A DNA stretch of 64,000 nucleotides from a virus. The stretch lies in the IMG/VR virus record IMGVR_UViG_3300030339_000011, positions 1 through 64,000 of that record. The stretch is one strand, 5' to 3'. Under the pieces are notes generated by a model, which was given only the letters and a program-made list of their open reading frames with translations, was not told the origin of the DNA and made no database searches. Below, piece after piece: positions 47,756 through 57,779 of the stretch. A program made the position numbers and the translations under genes. The first letter of the stretch is position 1; the number at the start of each line of letters is the position of its first letter.

Positions 47756-48136
47756 TTATATGTTAAATTTATTAGCTGAATAAGACTCAGGAGATTCTTT
47801 CCATTCCTTATACTCTCTCAAGTTATTATAAGGCAAATAATTACCATCACATTCTAAAAATTCTAATCCTATCGGTAAATTAGGTAACTCCCTTAACTTA
47901 TTATCAGAACAATCTAAATATTGTAATGTATCAGGTAACTCTGGTAATGAAGTTAAATAATTACCACTACAATATAATAAATCTAATGCATCTGGTAACT
48001 TAGGTAACTCTGTTAATTCATTATAATTACAATTCAAATAAGTTAATGTATCAGGTAACACTGGTAATATTTTTAAATTACTACTAGATAAATCTAACTC
48101 TGTTACTGTACTATCAAATCTCTTTATATACTTCAT
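47756..48136 (-). CDS. famC LRR protein, 126 aa
   Basis: MKYIKRFDS ... ANKFNI. Confidence 0.75.
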   Translation of the reverse strand: MKYIKRFDSTVTELDLSSSNLKILPVLPDTLTYLNCNYNELTELPKLPDALDLLYCSGNYLTSLPELPDTLQYLDCSDNKLRELPNLPIGLEFLECDGNYLPYNNLREYKEWKESPESYSANKFNI

Positions 48137-48138
48137 TG

Positions 48139-48525
48139 TTATATGTTAAATTTTTTACCATTACTAACCTCAGGATGATTTACTTCTAACCATCTATTAT
48201 ATTCTCTTAAATTGTTATAAGGTAATTTGTTACCACTGCAATTAAAATCTATTAATGAATTAGGTAATATAGGTAACTCTCTTAATCTGTTATCACTAAT
48301 ATCTAAATATAGTAAATTATAAGGTAAATTAGGTAAAGAATCTAAATTGTTAGATTGACAATATAATTCTTCTAATGTTATAGGTAACTCTGACAACTCT
48401 GTTAAATTATTATAAGAACAATTTAAATATTCTAAATTTTCAGGTAAATGCGGCAACTCAATTAAATGCTCATTAGAACAATCTAATGATATAATAGTAT
48501 GCTCAAACTTTTTAATGTATCTCAT
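48139..48525 (-). CDS. famC LRR protein. Start moved to MRYIKKFEH
   Basis: Track ORF is 48139..48567. Ends GKKFNI. Confidence 0.7.
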   Translation of the reverse strand: MRYIKKFEHTIISLDCSNEHLIELPHLPENLEYLNCSYNNLTELSELPITLEELYCQSNNLDSLPNLPYNLLYLDISDNRLRELPILPNSLIDFNCSGNKLPYNNLREYNRWLEVNHPEVSNGKKFNI

Positions 48526-48595
48526 AACATTATATATTATTTTATAAATGCCATAAATCTTAATCAATCATAATTTTAAACAAAAAATAACAAAT

Positions 48596-48635
48596 GTGAC
48601 CACAAATGTTACTTTAACCCTCACCGAAGTTTTAA
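48596..48635 (-). promoter_or_regulatory. Conserved GC-rich upstream element GTGACCACAAA...TTTMMCCCTCACCGAAGTTTTAA (shown on the plus strand)
   Basis: Near-identical copies at 49244-49296, 50428-50480 and 50777-50802. Each lies upstream of a minus-strand LRR or famC gene. Confidence 0.5.
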
Positions 48636-48636
48636 T

Positions 48637-49215
48637 CTATATGTTGTATTTTCTACTATTAATAACCTCAGGATGATTAATAGAAAGCCAATCATTATAA
48701 CCATCCAAACCATCATAAGGTAAATTATTATGATCACAAACTAAATATAGTAATGACTTAGGTAAATTTAATGGTAACTCACGTAAATCATTATAAGAAC
48801 ATTCTAATAACTCTAACGTATCAGGTAACTCTGGTAACTCACTTATGTTATTCTCAGAACAATTTAACTTGATTAATCCATTAGGTAATGTAGACAAACT
48901 TTTTAATTTGTTGTCAGAACAAAATATGTATTTTAATCCTTCAGTTAAGCCAGATAAATCTTCTAACCTGTTGCTGTTGCAATTTAAATAATCTAATGAA
49001 ATAGGTAACTCAGGTAACTTAGTTAATCTGTTGTTAAAAAAACTTAAATTTACTAATCCATCAGGTAAGCCAGATATTGTAGTCAATCTGTTGTTATAAC
49101 AAAACAAATTTATTAATGTACTAGGTAACTCTGGTAATACCTCTAAACCCTTATCACTTAAATCTAACTCTGTTATTGGAATAATAAATTTCTCAAACTG
49201 CTTTACATGCTTCAT
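48637..49215 (-). CDS. famC LRR protein, 192 aa (MKHVKQFEK ... SRKYNI)
   Basis: ORF track. Confidence 0.75.
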   Translation of the reverse strand: MKHVKQFEKFIIPITELDLSDKGLEVLPELPSTLINLFCYNNRLTTISGLPDGLVNLSFFNNRLTKLPELPISLDYLNCNSNRLEDLSGLTEGLKYIFCSDNKLKSLSTLPNGLIKLNCSENNISELPELPDTLELLECSYNDLRELPLNLPKSLLYLVCDHNNLPYDGLDGYNDWLSINHPEVINSRKYNI

Positions 49216-49306
49216 AATCTATATGTATTTTTTTAATAACAAGTGTGACCACAAAAAATCAATAAAATGTTACTTTCTCCCTCACCGAAGTTTTAAAATA
49301 TCTAAA

Positions 49307-49816
49307 CTATATACTAAATTTAGAAGCAGCATATACATCTGGATGATTCTCCTTTATCCATCTCCTGTAACCATGTATATTATTATAAGGTAATCCATTA
49401 CCATCACAATATAAATATTCTAATGAAGAAGGTAAATGTAAAGGCAACTCAGTTAATTTATTGTTATTACACGTCAATTCAATTAATGACTCTGGTAATA
49501 TAGGCAGTGAAGTTAAATTGTTATCATCACATCCTAAATATTCTAATCCATTAGGTAAATTAGGTAACTCACTTAATCCATTACCATTACAACCTAAATC
49601 AACTAATGTATCAGGTAATTCAGGTAACGAACTTAAATTATTATGATCACAATATAAAACTGTTAAACCATTAGGTAACTCTGGTAACTCCTTTAATCTA
49701 TTACCACTACACCTTAACTCCCTTAATTCATTAGGTAAATCAGGTAATACCTCTAAATTCCTTAAAGATACATTTATATCTGTAACCATACTCTCAAACT
49801 GCTTAATATGCTTCAT
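49307..49816 (-). CDS. famC LRR protein, 169 aa (MKHIKQFES ... ASKFSI)
   Basis: ORF track. Confidence 0.75.
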   Translation of the reverse strand: MKHIKQFESMVTDINVSLRNLEVLPDLPNELRELRCSGNRLKELPELPNGLTVLYCDHNNLSSLPELPDTLVDLGCNGNGLSELPNLPNGLEYLGCDDNNLTSLPILPESLIELTCNNNKLTELPLHLPSSLEYLYCDGNGLPYNNIHGYRRWIKENHPDVYAASKFSI

Positions 49817-49819
49817 AAA

Positions 49820-50326
49820 CTATATGTTAAATTTTCTACTATTAAATACCTCAGGATGATGTATTGACATCCAATGATTATAACTATTCAAATCCTTATA
49901 AGGTAACCCATTACCACTACAATTTAAAATTCTTAATCCATTAGGTAATATAGGCAATGACTTTAATAAATTACCTGTACAATATAACTCCTTTAAACCC
50001 TCAGGTAAATTAGGTAACTCCATTAAATTGTTGTCAGAACAATATAACTCCCTTAATCCATCAGGCAACTTAGGTAACGATGTTAATTCATTTATACTGC
50101 AATATAAATATACTAATGATTCAGGTAACTCTGGTAATGATACTAATTTATTACTACCACAATATATTGTAATTAAACCATTAGGTAAAGTAGGTAATGA
50201 TACCAATAAATTGCTGTTGCACTCCAATGTCTCTATAGTAGAAGGCAAATCAGGTAATAATTCTAAATCCTTGTGAGAATATACTAATTTCCTAACTATC
50301 TCTTCATTTACTTTTAAATGCTTCAT
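49820..50326 (-). CDS. famC LRR protein. Start moved to MKHLKVNEE
   Basis: Track ORF is 49820..50374. Ends SRKFNI. Confidence 0.7.
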   Translation of the reverse strand: MKHLKVNEEIVRKLVYSHKDLELLPDLPSTIETLECNSNLLVSLPTLPNGLITIYCGSNKLVSLPELPESLVYLYCSINELTSLPKLPDGLRELYCSDNNLMELPNLPEGLKELYCTGNLLKSLPILPNGLRILNCSGNGLPYKDLNSYNHWMSIHHPEVFNSRKFNI

Positions 50327-50489
50327 AATATTATATATTAATCTAAAATACCCCAAAATAACAACCCAACACAATTAGAGACGCATTCCAATAAATTCAC
50401 TTAATATCAATATGTTAAACGATAACCGTGACCACAAAATAACCAAAAATATTCACTTTCTCCCTCACCGAAGTTTTAAATAATTAATG

Positions 50490-50768
50490 CTATATGTTAA
50501 ATTTCATAGAATTAAGTATAACCTCTATTGATTCTAAATTATTAGAATAATGCTTTATGTCCTGTAAATTGCAATAATACCTCTCTATTCCAATATAAAA
50601 ATATAAAAGATGATATAAACCATCAGAAATTGATGTTATCTTACCAAAGTTGTTTGATATGAAATTTATTTCATCATCTCCATTACCTATATATTCACCA
50701 TAACATATAACATAATCTCCTACCTGCGGTATATTCTCAGTCATTTCAATTTCCATTTCAATTTCCAT
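50490..50768 (-). CDS. famC protein (C1; PQVGDYVICYGEY ... SMKFNI). The start may be the internal MTENIP at 50744
   Basis: ORF track. The N-terminal MEIEMEIEM arises from a short tandem DNA repeat. Confidence 0.55.
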   Translation of the reverse strand: MEIEMEIEMTENIPQVGDYVICYGEYIGNGDDEINFISNNFGKITSISDGLYHLLYFYIGIERYYCNLQDIKHYSNNLESIEVILNSMKFNI

Positions 50769-50769
50769 T

Positions 50770-51588
50770 TAATTATTCACTTTCTCCCTCACCGAAGTTT
50801 TAATATCAAAAAAATATTTAAAATGCTCTAAATATTCAAAATCTTCTAAATATCTACAAAAATGATTACAATCATTTGATAATCAACTAAATATGAATGC
50901 ATTATATCATCATACAAATATACTAATAAATATCGGTACTGACAAATTATAAAACAAGAAAAATAGTGCTAAATATAGTGCTAAATTTGTGTCCGTGACG
51001 TGCCAAATTGATGAAATACTTGGTAAAATTTCTTAAAATGACACTTTTTTAACTAAAAATTAATGGTGGTCACGTAATAATGTGAAAATAAAAACATTGA
51101 CCACTGACGGTGGTCCAAAGAAAAATAAATCTTCTAAGATAGTATGCATATATTTCAACGTAACCACCTAATACTCAGACCTTTACAAATTTCCATAAGT
51201 CTTTGATAATCAGTACTTTAAATTTTAACAAGATTTATGGATCATTATGATTTAGGAAATTTAGGAATCATTAAGTTAAAATTATAAAAGGAAAGATAAT
51301 GGAATTTAACGTTTGCTGAAATGTTAAAATCCTTTAAGTTAAAATTATTAAGTTAAATATTATAAAGGTAAGATAATGGAGATTAACATAAAGTATTGAT
51401 GTTAATATATTTATAAATTTGTATTATATACAATAAATAAGAATATAATTAAATATAATTAAACTTGTTAATATATAGATATTATTACACATTACTGTAA
51501 TTAGAAAAATAAAAGAATGATAAAAGATAGTGGATTTTTACAAATGTAAATTTCTTAAAATAATATATCTTTTTTAATATATAGAAGT
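50770..51588. other. 820-bp non-coding strand-switch island
   Basis: No ORF of 60 aa or more. Contains palindrome GACCACTGACGGTGGTC, GTGGTCAC/GTGACG motifs, and two ~40-bp direct repeats TTAAGTTAAAATTATAAARGGWAAGATAATGGARATTAAC at about 51280 and about 51345. Confidence 0.5.
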
Positions 51589-51855
51589 ATGATAACAATT
51601 TTTAAGACATTTGAAATGAATGAATATAAACCTGATGTAGGAGACTATGTCATTTGTTCTGGAGAATTTTCATCAAATAAAAATTTCATAACAACTCATA
51701 TTGGTAAGATAAGACGTATTGATAGTTGGCAATATAAAATAGAATATAAATATAGTGAAAATGATTACTTATGTAATTTACAGTGCATCTTATATTGGTC
51801 CAACAATAAAGAAGAATTAGAATTAATATTAAATACAAAAAAATTTAACATATGA
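51589..51855 (+). CDS. famC protein (C1; ends NTKKFNI)
   Basis: MITIFKTFEMNEYKPDVGDYVICSG... TTAATATATAGAAGT sits directly upstream of the ATG. Confidence 0.65.
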   Translation: MITIFKTFEMNEYKPDVGDYVICSGEFSSNKNFITTHIGKIRRIDSWQYKIEYKYSENDYLCNLQCILYWSNNKEELELILNTKKFNI

Positions 51856-52142
51856 AATATATAAAGACATTTGAAATGAATGAGAATAAGCCAGAAGTAG
51901 GAGACTATGTCATTTGCACATATATTGATGATTCTGATGATAGTAGAGATTATGTCAATAAATTTACTTCTTCTCATGTTGGAAAAATAATTGAGATATT
52001 AATAGATATTGACTATCCTTATAAAGTAGAATATTCAAATAATAATAATATTATGATATTTAGTGATAGTGAGATTTTATATTATAGTAAGGATAAAGAA
52101 GAATTAGAATCAATTCTGCAATCAAACAAATTTAACATATAA
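51852..52142 (+). CDS. famC protein (C1; MKYIKTFEMNENKPEVGDYVIC ... QSNKFNI)
   Basis: ATGA overlap with the upstream gene. Confidence 0.65.
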   Translation: MKYIKTFEMNENKPEVGDYVICTYIDDSDDSRDYVNKFTSSHVGKIIEILIDIDYPYKVEYSNNNNIMIFSDSEILYYSKDKEELESILQSNKFNI

Positions 52143-52171
52143 AATTTATATATAATAAAAAAAGAAATGAT

Positions 52172-52492
52172 ATGAATCATATAAAAAAATTAAATGAATT
52201 TACGAATTACTCTGATGATTTGGGTGAAACATTACCACGTGAGTTATTAAACACGGGTGAGGATAGTGATGATATTGGTGCTGAAGATAGTTCTGATATA
52301 TTATCGTTATCACCTAAATTAAGAGCAGTGATTGGTCAAATAATGAATTTGAGTGCTCAGGGTGAATATGACGAAGTAGAAGATATATATTCAACATTAA
52401 CTGATGAAGAAGTAGATAGAATAACTGATCTATTAGAACGATTGACTGACATATTTTCCAATCAATTTAGGAATAAGGTAAGGCAGAATTAA
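52172..52492 (+). CDS. Acidic hypothetical protein, 106 aa
   Basis: ORF track. Followed by a hairpin. Confidence 0.5.
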   Translation: MNHIKKLNEFTNYSDDLGETLPRELLNTGEDSDDIGAEDSSDILSLSPKLRAVIGQIMNLSAQGEYDEVEDIYSTLTDEEVDRITDLLERLTDIFSNQFRNKVRQN

Positions 52493-52494
52493 AT

Positions 52495-52527
52495 AAAAAA
52501 TGTGAACTGATTTAGTTCACATTTTTT
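52495..52527. terminator. Bidirectional hairpin terminator AAAAAATGTGAACTGATTTAGTTCACATTTTTT
   Basis: Perfect palindrome between convergent genes. Confidence 0.6.
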
Positions 52528-52529
52528 AT

Positions 52530-52952
52530 TTAAAATACCTTAATTGTGAAGTCATCTTCATCACAAGTATATTCTGTGAATTTCAGATTATAATCTAATG
52601 ATTCTTGAGTAATTGAATATGAATTTATATTTTTATTGTTATGTAATATATCAGTAATAAGGTTTTTAAGTATAATATAGCTATCAGTATAATAATTATC
52701 TTTAAAGAACTTCCAGATTTCATCATAGTCACAGAATAAAACTTTATCTTTTTTATTTTGTTCAAATAATAAAATTCCTTTTATATTAATTGGTAACTTA
52801 ACAGTTTTATTATTTAATTTAGACAGTTTAAGTTTTCTAATAAATTGTTCATCATATATCCAGTATATGGAATCAGGATACGCAGCACGCTTAACTGGAT
52901 AGCATGAGTTAAATTTATTTAATAACCATTCACTTAGTTCTTCTTTATTCAT
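52530..52952 (-). CDS. famE protein (MNKEELSEWLLNKFNSCYPVKRAAYPDSIYWIYDEQFIRKLKLSKLNN)
   Basis: ORF track. Confidence 0.6.
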   Translation of the reverse strand: MNKEELSEWLLNKFNSCYPVKRAAYPDSIYWIYDEQFIRKLKLSKLNNKTVKLPINIKGILLFEQNKKDKVLFCDYDEIWKFFKDNYYTDSYIILKNLITDILHNNKNINSYSITQESLDYNLKFTEYTCDEDDFTIKVF

Positions 52953-52996
52953 TGTATAATATTTATTTTTGTGGTATCAGACAGTAATGAAAAGAT

Positions 52997-53500
<504 letters not shown>

Positions 53501-53517
53501 CTACAAAGATAATACAT

Positions 53518-53898
53518 TTATTTGATAATATTAGGTCTTAGTGGATAATAACTATGATATGGAGTATATAAGAACAATTTTTCATTATCTAACAATATTT
53601 CCAGTATAAGACATTTAACTTCATTGTAGTCAGTTGAGTAATTTGTTATAAAAAATGACCACACTTCATCATAATCACACCATAATTTTTTAGTGAATAC
53701 ATTTTGTTCAAATAAACATATGCCTTTGATTTGGTTTGTAATTATATAATCAGAATTACATATCTTACACATTTTAATCTTTCTTGCAATTTGTTCATCA
53801 TAGTACCAATAAATGCAATTAGGATAATCAGAATGAGTAATAGAATAGCACAAATTAAATTTGTTATTGAACCATTTTCGTAATTCTTCTTTATTCAT
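53518..53898 (-). CDS. famE protein
   Basis: MNKEELRKWFNNKFNLCYSITHSDYPNCIYWYYDEQ... Confidence 0.6.
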   Translation of the reverse strand: MNKEELRKWFNNKFNLCYSITHSDYPNCIYWYYDEQIARKIKMCKICNSDYIITNQIKGICLFEQNVFTKKLWCDYDEVWSFFITNYSTDYNEVKCLILEILLDNEKLFLYTPYHSYYPLRPNIIK

Positions 53899-54029
53899 AA
53901 TTTAATATAGTTTAGGTAGGATAAAGATATGTAAAAATTTTGAGTTACACAATTATTACTACATTTATTATTACATTATTTTTGAAATAAATGCTACAAA
54001 AAAAAGAAGAACTAAATGTTCTTCTTTTT

Positions 54030-54284
54030 TTATATGTTAAATTTATTAGTTATTTTACTGATGTCATAACTTTCAATTTGATCTGGTGTCATTAGATATA
54101 ATACTTTCTCTTCAAAATAAAGTGTAGGATATTCTTCTAATGAATATAAAAATTCTTTTCTATATTTAGAATATTCTGCTTCAGATACAACTCCTCTTCT
54201 ACCTCCTGTTGATATAACACAATCTCCTACTTTAAATTTACTCATACTATTATCAATCTTTTCAAACTCCTTAATGTATTTCAT
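54030..54284 (-). CDS. famC protein, subtype C3 (MKYIKEFEK..SKFKVGDCVIS..LMTPDQIESYDISKITNKFNI)
   Basis: Paralogue of 55999..56268. Confidence 0.6.
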   Translation of the reverse strand: MKYIKEFEKIDNSMSKFKVGDCVISTGGRRGVVSEAEYSKYRKEFLYSLEEYPTLYFEEKVLYLMTPDQIESYDISKITNKFNI

Positions 54285-54301
54285 GCAGGTATATATTAAA
54301 T

Positions 54302-55303
54302 TTATTTAACGTTTGTGTCATTCAAAGGAGAACTAAGTATATCATAAATTCGATAAATACTTTCCCAAACATATACAGCTCCCTCATGATTTGAATTATC
54401 AACATATTCAGCAAACAATAAAACTTTTCCTCCAACTTCTACTATTTCAGGATCTGCTACTTGATTTGTATCAGGAAAAGGTGATCTTGTGATATCCAAT
54501 AATGGATAGTATATCTTTTCAAAATATAATGGATTATTAAAATCTGCCTCTGCATATCCAAGAATTGAAGGTGGAGTTGCCTGCATTGAATAATGATAAA
54601 ACATTTTAAATATACCATTATCATAGAATACTTTTGCTCCACCATGAGAACTATATGCAGGAGCTAATCCATTAACAACACCAACCATCTCCCAGCCACT
54701 TTCCATTGAGATGCTTTTTAATAGTTTCATACCCCATGGACTTCCTGAATCCATTGATTCACGACCTTCAATAAACCAGTAAAAATAGCCATCAATTCTG
54801 TATGGAATTATACAATGATTACCAAACATACCCGCTTTAAAATTACTAACAACATCCAATAAAGTTTTACTAATTACCGTAAAATTTCTACCATCTGTGG
54901 ATGATAACATTGCACAATAGTTGCTACTCCAACAACTAACTACCATATATACCTTGGAGTTAAATATAAAAGCGTAACTACATTTTACTATAGCTGAATC
55001 AATACCTAATAATGCTGAATTAACTGCAATTGATGTATTGGTAGCAATATGATTTAATACATCATACTCAGCTACATTAATATGTTCTGATTCCCATCCC
55101 TCAGTATAATAAATAAAATTTATACCATTAAACTTTACAAGTCCAAATTCCTGAGCACTAGGTACTGAAAGTCCTTGTACCAATGTAGCAGAATCATTTG
55201 AAATCAATTTTTGCTTTAAACTCATAGCACCACTATCTCCTCCTGTCGAACCAGTTAATTGCACTCCTACCCATTCTTCACTTGCTAATTGTATATTTAT
55301 CAT
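54302..55303 (-). CDS. Protein with the famF N-terminal anchor motif (MINIQLASEEWVGVQL..GSTGG) fused to an unrelated ~300-aa body, possibly a beta-propeller or glycosidase-like fold
   Basis: N-terminal 20 aa match the fibre genes. The body (GYFYWFIEGRE, NGIFKMFYHY, W/Y/G-rich) has no fibre core and no repeats. Confidence 0.6.
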   Translation of the reverse strand: MINIQLASEEWVGVQLTGSTGGDSGAMSLKQKLISNDSATLVQGLSVPSAQEFGLVKFNGINFIYYTEGWESEHINVAEYDVLNHIATNTSIAVNSALLGIDSAIVKCSYAFIFNSKVYMVVSCWSSNYCAMLSSTDGRNFTVISKTLLDVVSNFKAGMFGNHCIIPYRIDGYFYWFIEGRESMDSGSPWGMKLLKSISMESGWEMVGVVNGLAPAYSSHGGAKVFYDNGIFKMFYHYSMQATPPSILGYAEADFNNPLYFEKIYYPLLDITRSPFPDTNQVADPEIVEVGGKVLLFAEYVDNSNHEGAVYVWESIYRIYDILSSPLNDTNVK

Positions 55304-55340
55304 ATTTTTTTATGATTATATATTAAATTTAATTACTGAA

Positions 55341-55934
55341 TATTACTGTGGTGACTTCTATTATTTAACAATCTTTAACTTGGTATATCCGATATAAAGC
55401 GTTATCTTTGTATCGTGATTGACAGTGTAATGCCTGGAGTATATTCTCCAACGCGGGACATTACGTAACTGTTAAACAATCATTATAAATGTTATCACTT
55501 TAACTGTTTTAACCTAACAATATTAAACTTGTTAAGGATTTAACTCTTCACAAATGTACAACACACTTTAAATCAAATAGTTACAGAGATATACAGGAAA
55601 TATGCAGGATTAACGCATAATTATAGATGTTAATACGGTATATAAAATGCATAAACGTAACTCTGTTATTTACAGATAGTTACAAGTAAGTCCTATAATA
55701 ATATATTATGATCAATACTAATTTCCTGTTATAACTGTTAAGGATTTAACTACTGTTATACTAATCTTAAATAAGTTAAAATGTTTTAACAGTTACGTAT
55801 TACCCCGCTCTCGGGCTCCATGATCCTACGTCCATGTTATCAAGACAAAGATAACGCTTTTAATTGATTTTACAAAATTTTATATGGTTAAGAATAAATA
55901 AAGATTGTTAAATTTAACATATCACCACAGTAAT
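55341..55934. repeat. Large imperfect inverted repeat (arms ~130-150 bp) around a ~310-bp centre. Could be a foldback or MITE-like element, or an origin-like structure
   Basis: Left-arm blocks ATTACTGTGGTGA, AAAGCGTTATCTTTGT and TACGTAACTGTTAAA reappear as reverse complements in mirrored order in the right arm (55786-55934). The centre has the direct repeat GTTAAGGATTTAACT at 55529 and 55727. Confidence 0.55.
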
Positions 55935-55998
55935 ATTTACAAAGTAAATACCTGCAACAGCAGTAATGTTCGATAAATAAATTTTAATATATAACAAT

Positions 55999-56268
55999 AT
56001 GAGACACATTAAAAACATTAAACAATTTAAATCAAGTAGAAATTCTAAATTTAAAAAAGGAGATTATATCATGTCAACTAAAAGTAATAAAAAAGGTATT
56101 ATAGATAATATAATATCTTCTGATAAACCTGAAGATTTTGAATTTGCATATCATTTAAAAGATTATAAAGATAATATTTATCTTAAAGATACAAGTATAA
56201 TATTAATGACACCAGAACAAATTGAACAATATAACCTTGAAAAATCAACTGATAAATTTAACCTATGA
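55999..56268 (+). CDS. famC protein, subtype C3 (MRHIKNIKQFKS ... STDKFNL)
   Basis: AATATATAACAAT sits directly upstream of the ATG. Confidence 0.6.
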   Translation: MRHIKNIKQFKSSRNSKFKKGDYIMSTKSNKKGIIDNIISSDKPEDFEFAYHLKDYKDNIYLKDTSIILMTPEQIEQYNLEKSTDKFNL

Positions 56269-56831
56269 AATATATTAAACACTTCGAAAGATCTTATGTA
56301 ACAGTAAATTATTCTAATCAACATTTAACTGAACTTCCTATATTACCTGATATATTATATGAATTGTATTGCTCAAATAACGACATATATAAGCTACCTA
56401 CATTACCTGATACATTAATATATATTACCTGCGCTAATAATAATCTTAATGAGCTACCTGAGTTGCCAATATCATTGAAACATTTATTTTGCTATAATAA
56501 TAAATTGAATGAACTACCTAAATTACCTGACAGCTTATTAACATTGTCATGTAGTAGTAATAACATTACTGAACTTCCTATACTACCTAATAAATTAGAG
56601 TCATTGTCATGTAGTGGTAACTATATATCTGAGCTACCTATGCTACCTAATACATTGATTGAACTGAATTGTAGTGACAATAACCTTACCATGCTACCTA
56701 TACTACCTGATAGCTTAAAAACATTGTACTGTAATGGTAATGAACTACCATACACTAACCTCAAAGAGTATAATGAATGGCTAACGATAACCCATCCTGA
56801 AGTAATCAACGCTAAGAAGTTTAACATATAA
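56265..56831 (+). CDS. famC LRR protein, 188 aa (MKYIKHFER ... AKKFNI)
   Basis: ATGA overlap with the upstream gene. ~8 YopM-type repeats. Confidence 0.75.
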   Translation: MKYIKHFERSYVTVNYSNQHLTELPILPDILYELYCSNNDIYKLPTLPDTLIYITCANNNLNELPELPISLKHLFCYNNKLNELPKLPDSLLTLSCSSNNITELPILPNKLESLSCSGNYISELPMLPNTLIELNCSDNNLTMLPILPDSLKTLYCNGNELPYTNLKEYNEWLTITHPEVINAKKFNI

Positions 56832-57016
56832 TATAATGTGACCACATACCATTACATATGTACATACCTTAACACATACCTTAACATTATTCACACGTGA
56901 CCACACAAATGCCATAGACATATACCTTAACATATCATAAGGACAACACGTACATATAAATGTCCTGAACATTATCTACACAATAAATGCTCTTAACATT
57001 TTATTTGTTGAGAGCA

Positions 57017-57282
57017 TTTATTGTTTTCTATACACTACACAGTATATCTTTATATGTATATAGTTCCGTAACACCACATCATGTGATATACTTTTCTTTC
57101 ATCATTCAACGAGGGTCTAATGAACTTACTCTCCTGATGCGTTAATTCGGGTGAACTCAACCCTATATAAAATGTATAGATACATTTTATTAATAAGTTT
57201 AATTTATTATACATATGTATCTACATTAATAAAAAGTTTATTGTTTTCTATACACTACACAGTATATCTTTATATGTATATA
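57017..57282. repeat. Exact ~46-bp direct repeat TTTATTGTTTTCTATACACTACACAGTATATCTTTATATGTATATA in two copies about 220 bp apart
   Basis: Copies at 57017-57062 and 57237-57282. Hairpin AAATGCTCTTAACATTTTATTTGTTGAGAGCATTT lies just upstream at about 56984-57020. Confidence 0.6.
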
Positions 57283-57399
57283 AATATAATATACAGTAGT
57301 CTATCATACTTGTATGCTTATACATATAACTATACTGATGTCATTGATTATAATACTATGCATAGTTATAACTATGTTGTCATGGTGGATGAATGATAT

Positions 57400-57760
57400 A
57401 CACAGGTTGTGTGTAATACTTGGGTACTACTGGGGTGCTATCCACTGGGTGGTATCTGGTATCAACATATCAATACTGCTGCTAAGGTATCTAAGTACCA
57501 TGATAGAAATCTTAGAAATTTTTAAAGAGTTCTTCACAAGGTTGTCCATCAAGAGAGGGAGCGAAGAAGTTCATGAACATTTGTCGGAGATGACGACGCG
57601 CGAAAGTCGGCCGTGACTTACTAAGTGTTAATACGAATTCGCACTTGAGTCGGATGTTCATGAACACTTGCCTACTAGACTTGGTGATGGTGTTGAGCGA
57701 CTTGCGCGTGTAGAGTGTGTATGCAGGTATAGGGCAGCCATGGCGAAAAATTGTTAATAT
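57400..57760. other. GC-rich non-coding block (locally much higher GC than the 24% background)
   Basis: Contains the 10-bp palindrome GTTCATGAAC twice (about 57568 and about 57655), plus CGCGCG and GTCGGCCGTGAC. Only a low-complexity ORF overlaps it. Confidence 0.4.
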
Positions 57761-57779
57761 TTGAGTATGTTAATATTTG

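Noticed and set aside
57314-57616. 100-aa ORF across the GC-rich non-coding island (also 57151..57396 and 57761..57985)
   Set aside because: Repetitive, Ile/Leu-rich translation of repeat DNA. No start context and no paralogues. The region is treated as non-coding.
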